Positions 25,020 to 34,384 of a stretch of DNA of 64,000 nucleotides are shown piece after piece (position 1 is the first letter of the stretch; every line of letters begins with the position of its first letter). The notes beneath the pieces were generated by a model that saw only the letters and a list, made by a program, of their open reading frames with translations, did no database searches and had not been told where the DNA came from. The position numbers and the translations under genes are program-made. This DNA comes from Clostridia bacterium (GTDB lineage Bacteria > Bacillota > Clostridia > Christensenellales > DTU072). The stretch is taken from assembly GCA_017504305.1 (NCBI GenBank), contig JAFVRJ010000001.1, positions 13,562-77,561 of the forward strand, in the 5' to 3' direction.

Positions 25020-26396
25020 TTACGCTTCTTGTTCGCTTGATACGTACAAGGTTTCGGGATGCTTCTTTTGGTAGAGATATGCGCCGATAATCGGGATAAG
25101 GGTAAGTAGAGCTACGCAAGCTGCAATAAGGAATAAGTGCCACGAGGGAGTGTAACCGGGAACGACCGCGCCGTTTTGCTCCATCTCGGCAATATAGATG
25201 CCGAGGTTATTGACGATAGGCTCGGCAATAACGGGGCCGGAAATCATCGGTACGAGCACGTAGAACACAAGTCTTACGCCCTCAAGCTGTCCGCGTTGGG
25301 ATTCAGGATAGAGGTTTTTACACCAAATCATAAGCGCTTGATAGATGCACATATATCCACCGCCGACAAAGATAACGCCGAGTATTACTACTGCGGTCAT
25401 GGCAGCACCCGTTCCACTCAACGCGCCGGTGATACTAATTATACCCAAGCCTACAATGTTCATAAGCAATGCAACGATTAGCACGGGAACAAACTTTTGT
25501 TTGTTGATAAACTTGCCTGCGATGAGGGTGAAGGGGATAGCAATAACAAGACCAACACCAAGCCATACACCGGCGATACCGGTATCATATCCCAAGGAGT
25601 GGATGAAGTAAATGGTCATGTAAGGGAAGTAGATGTTAAAGCTAATGAAGAACATTGCAAAGATGCAAAGAACTATAAGGAGTAGCTTATTTTGCCAGAG
25701 TAATTTAAAGTTAAAGGCTTGAGCGAATTGATGCCAAAAGCCCTTTTCATCAACGTTGGGGCGGAGGGTGGGAGCATCTTTAACCGCCCACATGCAGTAA
25801 ACGCCTACCAAAATAACGAAGGTGCCCATGATGAGGAAGAAGGCGAAGTAGCCTACCGCATCGATGATGATACCGCCGATAAGAGTTCCTACGATGGTTG
25901 CAAGAACGGGTTGAACTGCAATAACAGCGCCGAGAGGTCCACGGTTTTCGGGGGTGGTGATATCGGTAAGGTGGGGGTTGAAGCCGGCATCGTTACCGAG
26001 AGATCCGAAGAAGGACATAAGAGCATCTGCAACAACGACCATCAAGCCGAGAGCTACGACGTTGCCTGCAAGGGAGCTACTTTCTGCGGTAAAGAAATCT
26101 ACAACGCCGAAAAGTATAGTGAATATACCCCAGAAGATATAACCCCAAACGATAAAGGGTTTACGTTTACCGAGGCGATCGCTCCACGTGCCGGAAAGGA
26201 AGGTGGAGAAGGTGGTAACGATTGCAGAAACGGAAACCATTGCGGTAATAATCCACGGAACTGCACCGATTTTACCATAAACGAAGGTGTTAAACCATTG
26301 GTTTTCGATATTCCAAGCGAGCTGACCTGCAAGGCCTGCAACCCAAATAACGATCCACGTTTTAGCACCGAGGCCGGATTTCTTTTTTTCGGACAT
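25020..26396 (-). CDS. MFS-type transporter (458 aa)
   Basis: About 12 TM helices. It has the loop motif WSDRLGKRKPF (D-R-x-G-R-R-like) typical of MFS/GPH transporters. Confidence 0.75.
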   Translation of the reverse strand: MSEKKKSGLGAKTWIVIWVAGLAGQLAWNIENQWFNTFVYGKIGAVPWIITAMVSVSAIVTTFSTFLSGTWSDRLGKRKPFIVWGYIFWGIFTILFGVVDFFTAESSSLAGNVVALGLMVVVADALMSFFGSLGNDAGFNPHLTDITTPENRGPLGAVIAVQPVLATIVGTLIGGIIIDAVGYFAFFLIMGTFVILVGVYCMWAVKDAPTLRPNVDEKGFWHQFAQAFNFKLLWQNKLLLIVLCIFAMFFISFNIYFPYMTIYFIHSLGYDTGIAGVWLGVGLVIAIPFTLIAGKFINKQKFVPVLIVALLMNIVGLGIISITGALSGTGAAMTAVVILGVIFVGGGYMCIYQALMIWCKNLYPESQRGQLEGVRLVFYVLVPMISGPVIAEPIVNNLGIYIAEMEQNGAVVPGYTPSWHLFLIAACVALLTLIPIIGAYLYQKKHPETLYVSSEQEA

Positions 26397-26512
26397 AGCA
26401 TTATCCTCCTTGCTTTATGATTTCATTGTAATACAAGAGGATATTTAAGTCAATATTGATTTAGCTCGACATCCCACCGTGGGAGCATGTCGACGTCTTC
26501 GTTCTTCCTGCA

Positions 26513-26893
26513 TATAAGACCGCGGAGAAGCGAGCAAGACAAACAAAAATAAAAAGCCCCCAATGGGAGCGTACTAATACGTACGTGACCTGCAGGGTGC
26601 TTTTATTTGGTTATGATATACTGCGATAATCATATGCCGTCGGTTAGACCGCGGAGAAGCAAGCAAGACAAAGAAAAGGGCGCAGCCACGACACGAGCGT
26701 ACTTGACGTACGTGACCTGCAGGGAGCTTTTATTTTGTGAAGTATTGCGATGGTTATATCGGCCGATTAGACCGCAGAGAACCGAGCAAGACAAACAAAT
26801 ACAAAACCCCACGACGGGAGTGTACTACGACGTACATGACCGAGTGGGGCTTCTGTTTATTTGTGAAGTATTGCGATGGTTATATGCGGTCTA
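26513..26893. repeat. tandem array B of the hairpin repeat family (3 units; periods 129 and 123 bp)
   Basis: Unit starts are TAAGACCGCGG 26515, TAGACCGCGG 26645 and TAGACCGCAG 26768. The array ends with the inverted GCGGTCTA at 26886-26893, whose CTA is the complement of the M20 gene's TAG stop codon. Confidence 0.9.
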
Positions 26894-28324
26894 CTTGTAA
26901 GAGCGTATAAACTCTTTATAAAAACAAACACACTCGCCTACGTTCCAAACCTTAATATGCTCGTTGGCATTGTGGATGGTGGCGTATTGCTTGGAATCAA
27001 GGTCTATGGGAGCAAAACGAAGGATGGCGTCGGCTACGTCGCCAAGGTGGCGAGCATCGGTGCCGGCAGTTAAGATGAAGGGCGAAACTATTACGTCGGG
27101 GAAGTTTTTGTTAAGGACGGCTTTAAGCTTCTTAAACTGCTCGGAATCCACCTTTGAGGGCACGCAATAGTCACGTTCGGTTTCCCTAACTTCGACATTG
27201 TACTTCTTGGCAATCTCTTTAAAAGCTTCGATTTCCTTGTATAGAGTATCTTCCCTAATGCATCTGAAGAAGGCGGTTGCCTTTGCTTCAAGCGAAGTGC
27301 CTTCGATCTTTGTAAAGCTCATGGTCGTCGATAGCATTGCGCCTGCAACGGGGCTTACTTTACCCATAAGGTTAAGGAGTAGCTTTTTGAAAATGCAGAA
27401 GTTACTAAAGACAATCCTTAACGGATAAGGCATATACGGGGCGTGGGTGCGGAAGGTCGCTTCCACCTCGGGAGCAAAGCCCTTTTTGAATATCTTGCTA
27501 TCTTTGACTTCAGAAATGAAAGCGGAAAGATTATCGATAGCGTTTTCTTTGGTGGGGTTGAGACCTACGTGGCCCTTTTCACGCTTGGTGGCAACGCACT
27601 CGTAACGATGACGTCCCTTTTCGTGGACGGCTACCATTGCGCTCTTTTCCTTGACACCGGGCATCATCTTCTCGGTGATAGCTCCGCCCTCGTCAAGAAC
27701 TACGTCAAAGTGAAGACCTCTTTCCAAAAAGTATTTGTGGACCTTGGGGAATCCGTCACCGGCAACTTCTTCGTTGTTGGACGATCCTATAAAGACGTTA
27801 ATACCCTCAAAGTCGTATCCCTCTTTGAGAAGCTCCTCAACCGCCATAAGCTCTGCAAAAAGCGGTGTCTTGGTGTCGATGGTCCCCCTGCCGTACATCG
27901 CTCCGTCAACGACTTTAGCTTCAAATGCGGGATGCTCCCACTCCCCTTCATCGATTACTACGTCGTGGTGGGACATCAAAAGAATATTCTTTACGGCGTT
28001 TTTACCGCTTATTTCGTATAGAAAACAGCCGTCAAAATCGTGCTTAACTGCCTTTGCGGTTAAAGTGGGAAAACGATCTTCCAATACTTTATAGAATTTT
28101 TTGTACTCATCGGCATAAGTTCCTTGCTCGTCGTAAACGGTTTTGCAACGGATCATGTCGGCAAGAACTTCAGTATATTCTTTGAGTTTTTCTTCCGAAA
28201 CGTTTTTGCGGGTAGCGTTTACCGTGACGCGAGCTCTACTCGAAAGAAGGGCTTTTATGAGGATATACGCTAAAAATATAACGGTGCATCCGCCAATAAC
28301 GGAGCCGACAATTATACCGCCCAT
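26891..28324 (-). CDS. M20 family metallopeptidase with N-terminal membrane anchor
   Basis: LLMSHHDVV, GRGTIDTKTPL and SSNNEEV(A)GDG motifs match the ArgE/DapE/CPG2-like family. An N-terminal TM helix is present. Confidence 0.8.
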   Translation of the reverse strand: MGGIIVGSVIGGCTVIFLAYILIKALLSSRARVTVNATRKNVSEEKLKEYTEVLADMIRCKTVYDEQGTYADEYKKFYKVLEDRFPTLTAKAVKHDFDGCFLYEISGKNAVKNILLMSHHDVVIDEGEWEHPAFEAKVVDGAMYGRGTIDTKTPLFAELMAVEELLKEGYDFEGINVFIGSSNNEEVAGDGFPKVHKYFLERGLHFDVVLDEGGAITEKMMPGVKEKSAMVAVHEKGRHRYECVATKREKGHVGLNPTKENAIDNLSAFISEVKDSKIFKKGFAPEVEATFRTHAPYMPYPLRIVFSNFCIFKKLLLNLMGKVSPVAGAMLSTTMSFTKIEGTSLEAKATAFFRCIREDTLYKEIEAFKEIAKKYNVEVRETERDYCVPSKVDSEQFKKLKAVLNKNFPDVIVSPFILTAGTDARHLGDVADAILRFAPIDLDSKQYATIHNANEHIKVWNVGECVCFYKEFIRSYK

Positions 28325-28325
28325 A

Positions 28326-29726
28326 TTATTCGGCCTCCTTTTGTGCTTTTAGCCTATCGATATTTTCAGTAACCTTTTTGTCATTATATTTATGGAAGAA
28401 TATGATGGAAATCACCGTAAATACGCAAGCAAAGATGCCTGTGAGCTTAATGCCGAGTAAGCCGACCTCCTCTCCTTCCTTTGCACCGATAGCAAGAACG
28501 CTGGAAACAATAACCATTGCAACTGCATAGGCAATTTTTTCGATGAAGGTTTTGGTCGCGGAGAAGATACCCTCGCGGTTAACGCCCGATACCAAGCAAT
28601 CCTCTTGGATGATGTCGGAAACGATGGATTGGGGTAAAACGTTGATTGCTGCAAAGGGGAAGGCTACCAACAATCCCATTATGATACCTATAACAAGCTC
28701 GTAACCGGGAGCAAGCGCTGCGATTTGGTCGCCGAAGAAGATAAATGCAAACACTACTGCAAAGATATAGCTACCGATCAAAAGCGGGAGTTTTTTATTG
28801 AACTTTTTGCTGATTTTAACAATGAGGGGGAAGCAACCTATTGCAACGCCTATTGCTACCGCCATAACTATGAAGGATTGACTTTCCTCAACGCCAAGAA
28901 GGGTGGTTATGTAATAGAGCATCGCCGTTTGGAAGAAGGCCATCGAAATATAGCTTGCGAGGTCGCCTATGGTGAAGATGAGGAAGTTCTTATTCTTCAA
29001 AACGGTAACAAAGGACTTAAAGATGGAGTCGGAGGGTACCGATTGCTTTTTGACGTAATCGTTTTCACGGAAGGCGAAAGCCGATGCGAGCAAGCAAGCC
29101 ATACCGACGGCTGCAAATATAGTAAAGACCAAGCGCCAAGAGGTAATGGCGTCAAATCCTGCCTTTTTGAAGAAGCTAACGAACAAAGTGGTTGCGTACA
29201 TAACGGCACTTGAGCCCATAAAGAGCGCGGTACTTACTGCGTAGTAGCCTACTCTTTTTTTGGCATCGGGGATGATTTCCGGAATTAGTGCGCGTTGCGG
29301 AATATAATATAAGGTATAGGAAACGTAGTAAAGAACAAGGAAAACTCCTACCCAAACTGCGTTAGCCGGACTACCTGCAGGGAAGGGTGCAAGGAAGATT
29401 AGTAGCACCGAAAGCGCATACGGTATTGCAGAGATGCGCATAAAGGACATACGTCTGCCGTACTTACTTTTGAGCTTATCGCTCCAGTTTGCAACGAGCG
29501 GATCGGTTACTGCGTCGACAACCTTGCTGATACCGGTAAGGAGCGCCATGATGGTAATAAAGCCCAAAAGCTTATTGCTCGGCAACAGCGCGGTAATACC
29601 GGACTTAACTGTCGGCTGATAGAAATACAAAAGATAGTTACCTATCATACCGTTGAACAATCCCTTTGCTACGTCACAAAGGAAAAACTGATAAACCTTA
29701 CCACGTCTTAATTCTTTAGTATCCAT
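28326..29726 (-). CDS. GPH/MFS family transporter (glycoside-pentoside-hexuronide:cation symporter-like)
   Basis: 466 aa and polytopic. The DPLVANWSDKLKSKYGRRMSF motif is characteristic of the GPH family. Confidence 0.75.
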   Translation of the reverse strand: MDTKELRRGKVYQFFLCDVAKGLFNGMIGNYLLYFYQPTVKSGITALLPSNKLLGFITIMALLTGISKVVDAVTDPLVANWSDKLKSKYGRRMSFMRISAIPYALSVLLIFLAPFPAGSPANAVWVGVFLVLYYVSYTLYYIPQRALIPEIIPDAKKRVGYYAVSTALFMGSSAVMYATTLFVSFFKKAGFDAITSWRLVFTIFAAVGMACLLASAFAFRENDYVKKQSVPSDSIFKSFVTVLKNKNFLIFTIGDLASYISMAFFQTAMLYYITTLLGVEESQSFIVMAVAIGVAIGCFPLIVKISKKFNKKLPLLIGSYIFAVVFAFIFFGDQIAALAPGYELVIGIIMGLLVAFPFAAINVLPQSIVSDIIQEDCLVSGVNREGIFSATKTFIEKIAYAVAMVIVSSVLAIGAKEGEEVGLLGIKLTGIFACVFTVISIIFFHKYNDKKVTENIDRLKAQKEAE

Positions 29727-29747
29727 ACTTTTCCCCTTTTAAAAATG

Positions 29748-29954
29748 TTATCCGCGTTCTTTATAGTACAAAAGGCAGTGACAGTATCCCTCGAACTCGG
29801 GGTCTTGAATCTGCGCTTTGAACTCGTCGCATATACACTTGTATTCTTCTTTTTTACCTATACGGCAAGGGCAGTAGCCACCCTTTGCTTTGAGGCCTTC
29901 TTTGATGCGTGCAACAACTTCTTTATCTTCGTTTAAGCGAATTTTAGGTGCCAT
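29748..29954 (-). CDS. ferredoxin:thioredoxin reductase catalytic-subunit-like small protein
   Basis: The 68-aa protein has the CPC...CxC...CHC pattern (GGYCPCRIG, KCICDEF, GYCHCLLY) of FTR catalytic domains. Confidence 0.7.
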   Translation of the reverse strand: MAPKIRLNEDKEVVARIKEGLKAKGGYCPCRIGKKEEYKCICDEFKAQIQDPEFEGYCHCLLYYKERG

Positions 29955-29978
29955 AATATACTCCTTCGAGAGCCTAAA

Positions 29979-30641
29979 CTATTTAACAACCGACGAGGTC
30001 ATCTTTTCTTGTTTTACCTTTTTATCGATGACGTGACGGGATGCAAGCTCTCTATGTATTTCTTCAAGACTGATGCCCATTTGTAGCATAAGCACCATGG
30101 TGTGGTAGGTAAGGTCTGCTATTTCGTAAACGGTTTCCGCCTTGTCGTTAGACTTTGCGCCAATAATAACTTCAGTACATTCTTCGCCAACCTTTTTAAG
30201 AATTTTATCCAATCCCTTTTCAAACAAATAGGTGGTGTACGAGCCTTGTGGCATCAAGCGTTTGCGCTCCTCAAGCATGGCGTATAAGCCTTCAAGCGAA
30301 AATTCCTTGAGCTCCTCGCTTTCCCATAAAGGCTTGTGGAAGCAACTTACCTCGCCTAAGTGACAAGCCGGTCCTTGAGGCTCTACCATTACTACAAGCG
30401 CATCGTTGTCGCAGTCGGCGGTTATAGATACTATACGTTGATAGTTTCCGCTGGTTTCGCCTTTCAACCAAAGCTCTTGCCTTGAGCGTGACCAAAAACA
30501 AGTAAGTCCCTTTTCAATGCTGATTTTAAGGCTTTGCTCGTTCATGTAAGCAAGGGTAAGAACCTTTTTGGTTATAGCATCTACGACTATAGCCGGTATC
30601 AAACCTTTCTCGTCAAACTTTAAATCTTTAATATCTATCAT
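29979..30641 (-). CDS. hisIE: bifunctional phosphoribosyl-AMP cyclohydrolase / phosphoribosyl-ATP pyrophosphatase
   Basis: The HisI part has WSRSRQELWLKGETSGN...DCDNDAL. The HisE part has LEERKRLMPQGSYTTYLFEKG...KVGEE. Confidence 0.93.
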   Translation of the reverse strand: MIDIKDLKFDEKGLIPAIVVDAITKKVLTLAYMNEQSLKISIEKGLTCFWSRSRQELWLKGETSGNYQRIVSITADCDNDALVVMVEPQGPACHLGEVSCFHKPLWESEELKEFSLEGLYAMLEERKRLMPQGSYTTYLFEKGLDKILKKVGEECTEVIIGAKSNDKAETVYEIADLTYHTMVLMLQMGISLEEIHRELASRHVIDKKVKQEKMTSSVVK

Positions 30642-30649
30642 ACGTCCTC

Positions 30650-31408
30650 CTAAATTCTCATAGGAATACCCTCTCGGGCAAGTTGTTTTTTAAGTTCCAT
30701 AATGTTGACTTCACCAAAGTGGAATATCGATGCGGCAAGACCTGCATCAACCTTGGGAAGGGTATTGAATAAGGTGATAAAATCTTCTGCTTTGCCGGCT
30801 CCGCCCGATGCGATAACCGGTACCGATACGATTTTGCAAACTGCATCCAACATTTCGAGGTCAAAGCCCTTTTTGACTCCGTCGGTATCGATAGAGTTGA
30901 GGACTATTTCGCCGGCTCCGTTATCTACGCCACGCTTAATCCAAGAAAGTGCTTCCATGCCGGTGTCTTCTCTACCGCCCTTTGCAAAAACGCGAAACTC
31001 TCCGCCCACTCTTTTGACGTCTGCAGAAAGTACAACGCATTGGTCGCCGTAACGCTTTGCCGCTTGATAGATAAGGTCGGGGTTTCGTATGGCGCCAGAA
31101 TTAACCGATACCTTGTCCGCACCACATTTAAGCACTCTGTCGAAGTCGTCGAGGGAGTTGATCCCGCCACCAACGGTAAGCGGTATAAAGATGGTTGAAG
31201 CGACCTCTTTGAGTATGTCGGTAAAAAGAGCTCTGCCTTCCGCCGATGCGGTAATATCGTAAAAGACAAGTTCGTCCGCGCCGTTTTCGCTATAATACTT
31301 ACCGAGTTCTATGGGGCTGGATACGTCCGAAAGACCTTGGAAGTTTACTCCCTTTACCACTCTACCGTTTTTGACGTCCAAGCAAGGAATTATACGCTTC
31401 GTAATCAT
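30650..31408 (-). CDS. hisF: imidazole glycerol phosphate synthase cyclase subunit
   Basis: KRIIPCLDVKNGRVVKG...DELVFYDITAS...GGGI...ADKVSVNS. Confidence 0.95.
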   Translation of the reverse strand: MITKRIIPCLDVKNGRVVKGVNFQGLSDVSSPIELGKYYSENGADELVFYDITASAEGRALFTDILKEVASTIFIPLTVGGGINSLDDFDRVLKCGADKVSVNSGAIRNPDLIYQAAKRYGDQCVVLSADVKRVGGEFRVFAKGGREDTGMEALSWIKRGVDNGAGEIVLNSIDTDGVKKGFDLEMLDAVCKIVSVPVIASGGAGKAEDFITLFNTLPKVDAGLAASIFHFGEVNIMELKKQLAREGIPMRI

Positions 31409-32118
31409 TTTGCCACCTCGATTGCCTCTTGGAGCGATATCGCCTTGACGTAATACGCCTTGCCGATAATGGCACCGTATACACCGCGTGCCGATAGCTT
31501 CTTGACGTCGTCAATGGAGCTTACTCCGCCGGATGCTATTAAATCAATGGAAAGCTCCTCCGATATCTTTTTATATAAGTCGTGATTGGTCCCTTGCATC
31601 GCGCCGTCTTTGGAAATATCGGTGCATATAACCGTTTTTACGCCAAGGGCTTTGAGCTCCTTAAGGAAGCTAAACGCCTCGTAAGCGGATTTTTCCGTCC
31701 AGCCTTTGATTGCCACAAATCCGTCTTTGATATCCACTCCAACGGCTATATGGTGCCCAAACTCGCGGATTGCTTCTTTTAAAAACTCGCGGTCGGTAAC
31801 TGCCGCCGTGCCGAGAATTACCCTTTGAACACCTATGCTCAAATACTTTTTTATAACCTCGATACTGCGTATGCCTCCGCCAACTTCAACAAAAAGACCG
31901 CTCTCTTTAACCAACTTGCTGATGGTATTAAGGTTGGGAGTATCGCCTGTCTTTGCCCCTTCGAGGTCGACCACGTGCATATACTCCGCGCCCGCTTTCT
32001 TAAAGTCCAAAGCTATTTCGACGGGATTATCGCTATACACCGTCATCTCGTTATAGTTGCCTTTGTAAAGGCGTACCGCCTTGCCTCCAAAGAGGTCTAT
32101 TGCAGGAAAAATTTTCAT
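31405..32118 (-). CDS. hisA: ProFAR isomerase (1-(5-phosphoribosyl)-5-[(5-phosphoribosylamino)methylideneamino]imidazole-4-carboxamide isomerase)
   Basis: MKIFPAIDLFGGKAVRLYKG...VVDLEGA...VGGGIRS...ASGGVSS. Confidence 0.93.
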   Translation of the reverse strand: MKIFPAIDLFGGKAVRLYKGNYNEMTVYSDNPVEIALDFKKAGAEYMHVVDLEGAKTGDTPNLNTISKLVKESGLFVEVGGGIRSIEVIKKYLSIGVQRVILGTAAVTDREFLKEAIREFGHHIAVGVDIKDGFVAIKGWTEKSAYEAFSFLKELKALGVKTVICTDISKDGAMQGTNHDLYKKISEELSIDLIASGGVSSIDDVKKLSARGVYGAIIGKAYYVKAISLQEAIEVAK

Positions 32119-32736
32119 CTAAACCTCCCTTTCGCAGAAAGCGCGCAGTATTTTAAGACCTACTTCACCGCTCTTTTCGGGATGGAATTGGCATCCGTAT
32201 ACGTTACCGCTTGCTACTGCCGCAGTAAGTTCCTCACCGTATTCAGCGGTTGCAATTACGCTCTCGGCGCAATTTGCGCCATAAAAACTATGTACAAAAT
32301 AGGCGTGGTCGCCTTCGTTAAGATACTTAAAAAGCGGATGTTTTTTTTCGCCGAAATGCAAGGCGTTCCAACCGATGTGCGGAATCTTATACTCTTTGGG
32401 TATCACTTTGGATATAGGCTCTATTTCGCCTTTTATTAACGATAACCCTTTATGTTCGCCATACTCGTAACTCTTGTCGAACAATAGTTGCATGCCAAGA
32501 CAAATCCCTAAAAGAGGTTTGCCCTTTTGGGCTTCTTCTATAATTACCTTATCAAGTCCTGTTGCGCGGAGTTTGTTGACGGCATCCTCAAACGCCCCCA
32601 CTCCCGGTAGCACTATTTTGTCGGCATTTCTTATAACGGCTTTTTCTCCGCTAACAATAACTTCGGCACCGATTGCCTTAAAAGATTGTGTTAGCGAATA
32701 TAGATTACCTACGCCGTAATCAATAATAACAATCAT
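32119..32736 (-). CDS. hisH: imidazole glycerol phosphate synthase glutamine amidotransferase subunit
   Basis: IVIIDYGVGNLYS...LPGVGAF...GICLGMQLL...HSFY...QFHPEKS. Confidence 0.95.
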   Translation of the reverse strand: MIVIIDYGVGNLYSLTQSFKAIGAEVIVSGEKAVIRNADKIVLPGVGAFEDAVNKLRATGLDKVIIEEAQKGKPLLGICLGMQLLFDKSYEYGEHKGLSLIKGEIEPISKVIPKEYKIPHIGWNALHFGEKKHPLFKYLNEGDHAYFVHSFYGANCAESVIATAEYGEELTAAVASGNVYGCQFHPEKSGEVGLKILRAFCEREV

Positions 32737-33323
32737 TAAAGTACTCCTTTGGTGGAGGGGACTTCCCCTTGAAGCTCGGGGTCGACACTCACTGCTTTCT
32801 TAAGGCTACGAGCAACCGATTTGAAAACACACTCTAAAATGTGGTGAGCGTTTTTGCCGGCAAGTTGCCTTACGTGTAAGGTAATGCCTGCATTGGCAGT
32901 AAACGCTACCCAGAACTCATCGTTGAGTTCAGTATCAAAATCGCCTACTTTATCAGCTTTAATTTCGATTGCGCCCACGTAATAACTGCGTCCGCTTATA
33001 TCAACCGCACTCAAAATCAAGGTTTCGTCCATAGGTAACGCGGTATCTCCATAACGAGTAATACCCTTTTTGTCGCCAAGTGCTTCCTTGAACGCTTGAC
33101 CAAGCGCAATACCGATATCTTCAACAGTATGATGATAGTCAACTTCAACGTCACCTACGCATTTAACGGTCAAATCAAATCTGCCGTGCTTGCTAAAAAG
33201 AGTTAGCATGTGATCTAAAAATCCACATCCGCTATCTATTTTGCTTACACCTTTTCCATCTAAATTTAAGGTGAGAGCTATATCTGTTTCGGCCGTCTTT
33301 CTCGTTATTTCAGAGTATCTCAT
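32736..33323 (-). CDS. hisB: imidazoleglycerol-phosphate dehydratase
   Basis: RKTAETDI...GCGFLDHML...DYHHTVEDIGIALG...NAHHILECVFKSVARSL. Confidence 0.95.
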   Translation of the reverse strand: MRYSEITRKTAETDIALTLNLDGKGVSKIDSGCGFLDHMLTLFSKHGRFDLTVKCVGDVEVDYHHTVEDIGIALGQAFKEALGDKKGITRYGDTALPMDETLILSAVDISGRSYYVGAIEIKADKVGDFDTELNDEFWVAFTANAGITLHVRQLAGKNAHHILECVFKSVARSLKKAVSVDPELQGEVPSTKGVL

Positions 33324-33325
33324 TT

Positions 33326-34384
33326 TTACTTCTCCAATATGGTTTTTACTGTGTCGATATAGGCTTGCATTTCTTCCATGCTACCAATAGTTATCCTATT
33401 ATAGTCTTTGATAGGCGCCTTGTTAAAGTGTCTGACAAGTATACCGCGTTCTTTTAGCTTTAAATATAATTCCTTGCCGTCAATATGTTCGCATCTTGCA
33501 AAAATAAAGTTGGCTTTGGAATCGGTCGTCGTAAATCCGAGCTTTTTCAGCTCTCCTACCGTCCACTCGCGGTTTGCGATGATGGTGCGACAGTTGTTCT
33601 CAAAATACTCGGCGTCTTCGAGAGCTCCCACGCCCGCATACTCCGACATACGATTTACGTTATACGGATTAGTAGAGTAACGTATGCGATTAAGATCGTC
33701 GATTATCGCCTTACTGCCTATACCGAATCCCAACCTTGCTCCCGCCATGGAGCGTGATTTGGAAAAGGTTTGCGTAACTAAAACGTTGTCGTATTTCTTT
33801 ATAAGTTTAACCGCCGACTCGGTGCCGAAATCAACGTACGCCTCGTCAACGACCACCACTCTATCGGGATTGGCTTTTATAAGAGTTTCGATCTCATCGA
33901 TAGATAGCGCGATACCGGTGGGGGCGTTGGGGTTTGCAATAAATATTGTACCGCGCTTATCTAAATAATCGTTTATATCCAAGGTAAAATCCTCTTTTAG
34001 AGGAATTTCCTTATACGGAATCCCGTTGACGGATGCAAATACTTTATAAAAGCCATAGGTGATATCTGCAAAAAGCGCGGGGGTTTGAGCGTTACAATAT
34101 GCCATAAACGCAAAGTTCAAAACTTCGTCCGAACCGTTTGTTACTATAACGTTTTGAGGCAATACGTCATAGGTTTTTGCAAGAGCTTTTACAAGATCGG
34201 TAACGTCCGGATCGGAGTAGCGCATCACCTTTTGCGCCTCGCGACAGGCGTACTCTACCGCCTTTTTAGAGGGCGGAAAGGGTGACTCGTTGGTGTTGAG
34301 TTTAACGTACTTCCTTTCCTTGGGTTGCTCGCCGGGAACGTAGGGAGTAAGGCTATTAAACTTATCGACTAAAAACTTACTCAT
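33326..34384 (-). CDS. hisC: histidinol-phosphate aminotransferase
   Basis: KLNTNESPFPPS...VVDEAYVDF...TFSKSRSMAGARLG (the PLP lysine motif). Confidence 0.93.
   Translation of the reverse strand: MSKFLVDKFNSLTPYVPGEQPKERKYVKLNTNESPFPPSKKAVEYACREAQKVMRYSDPDVTDLVKALAKTYDVLPQNVIVTNGSDEVLNFAFMAYCNAQTPALFADITYGFYKVFASVNGIPYKEIPLKEDFTLDINDYLDKRGTIFIANPNAPTGIALSIDEIETLIKANPDRVVVVDEAYVDFGTESAVKLIKKYDNVLVTQTFSKSRSMAGARLGFGIGSKAIIDDLNRIRYSTNPYNVNRMSEYAGVGALEDAEYFENNCRTIIANREWTVGELKKLGFTTTDSKANFIFARCEHIDGKELYLKLKERGILVRHFNKAPIKDYNRITIGSMEEMQAYIDTVKTILEK

Noticed and set aside
26630-26660. Integron attC (59-be/VCR-like) sites. One unit junction reads GTTAGAC (GTTRRRY) and the unit length resembles 123-126 bp VCRs.
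   Set aside because: Only one junction has GTT; the others read ATTAGAC, ATTAAAC or ATAGAC. No RYYYAAC partner lies at the expected position. Units are tandem without cassette ORFs, the neighbouring genes are housekeeping, and no intI is seen.
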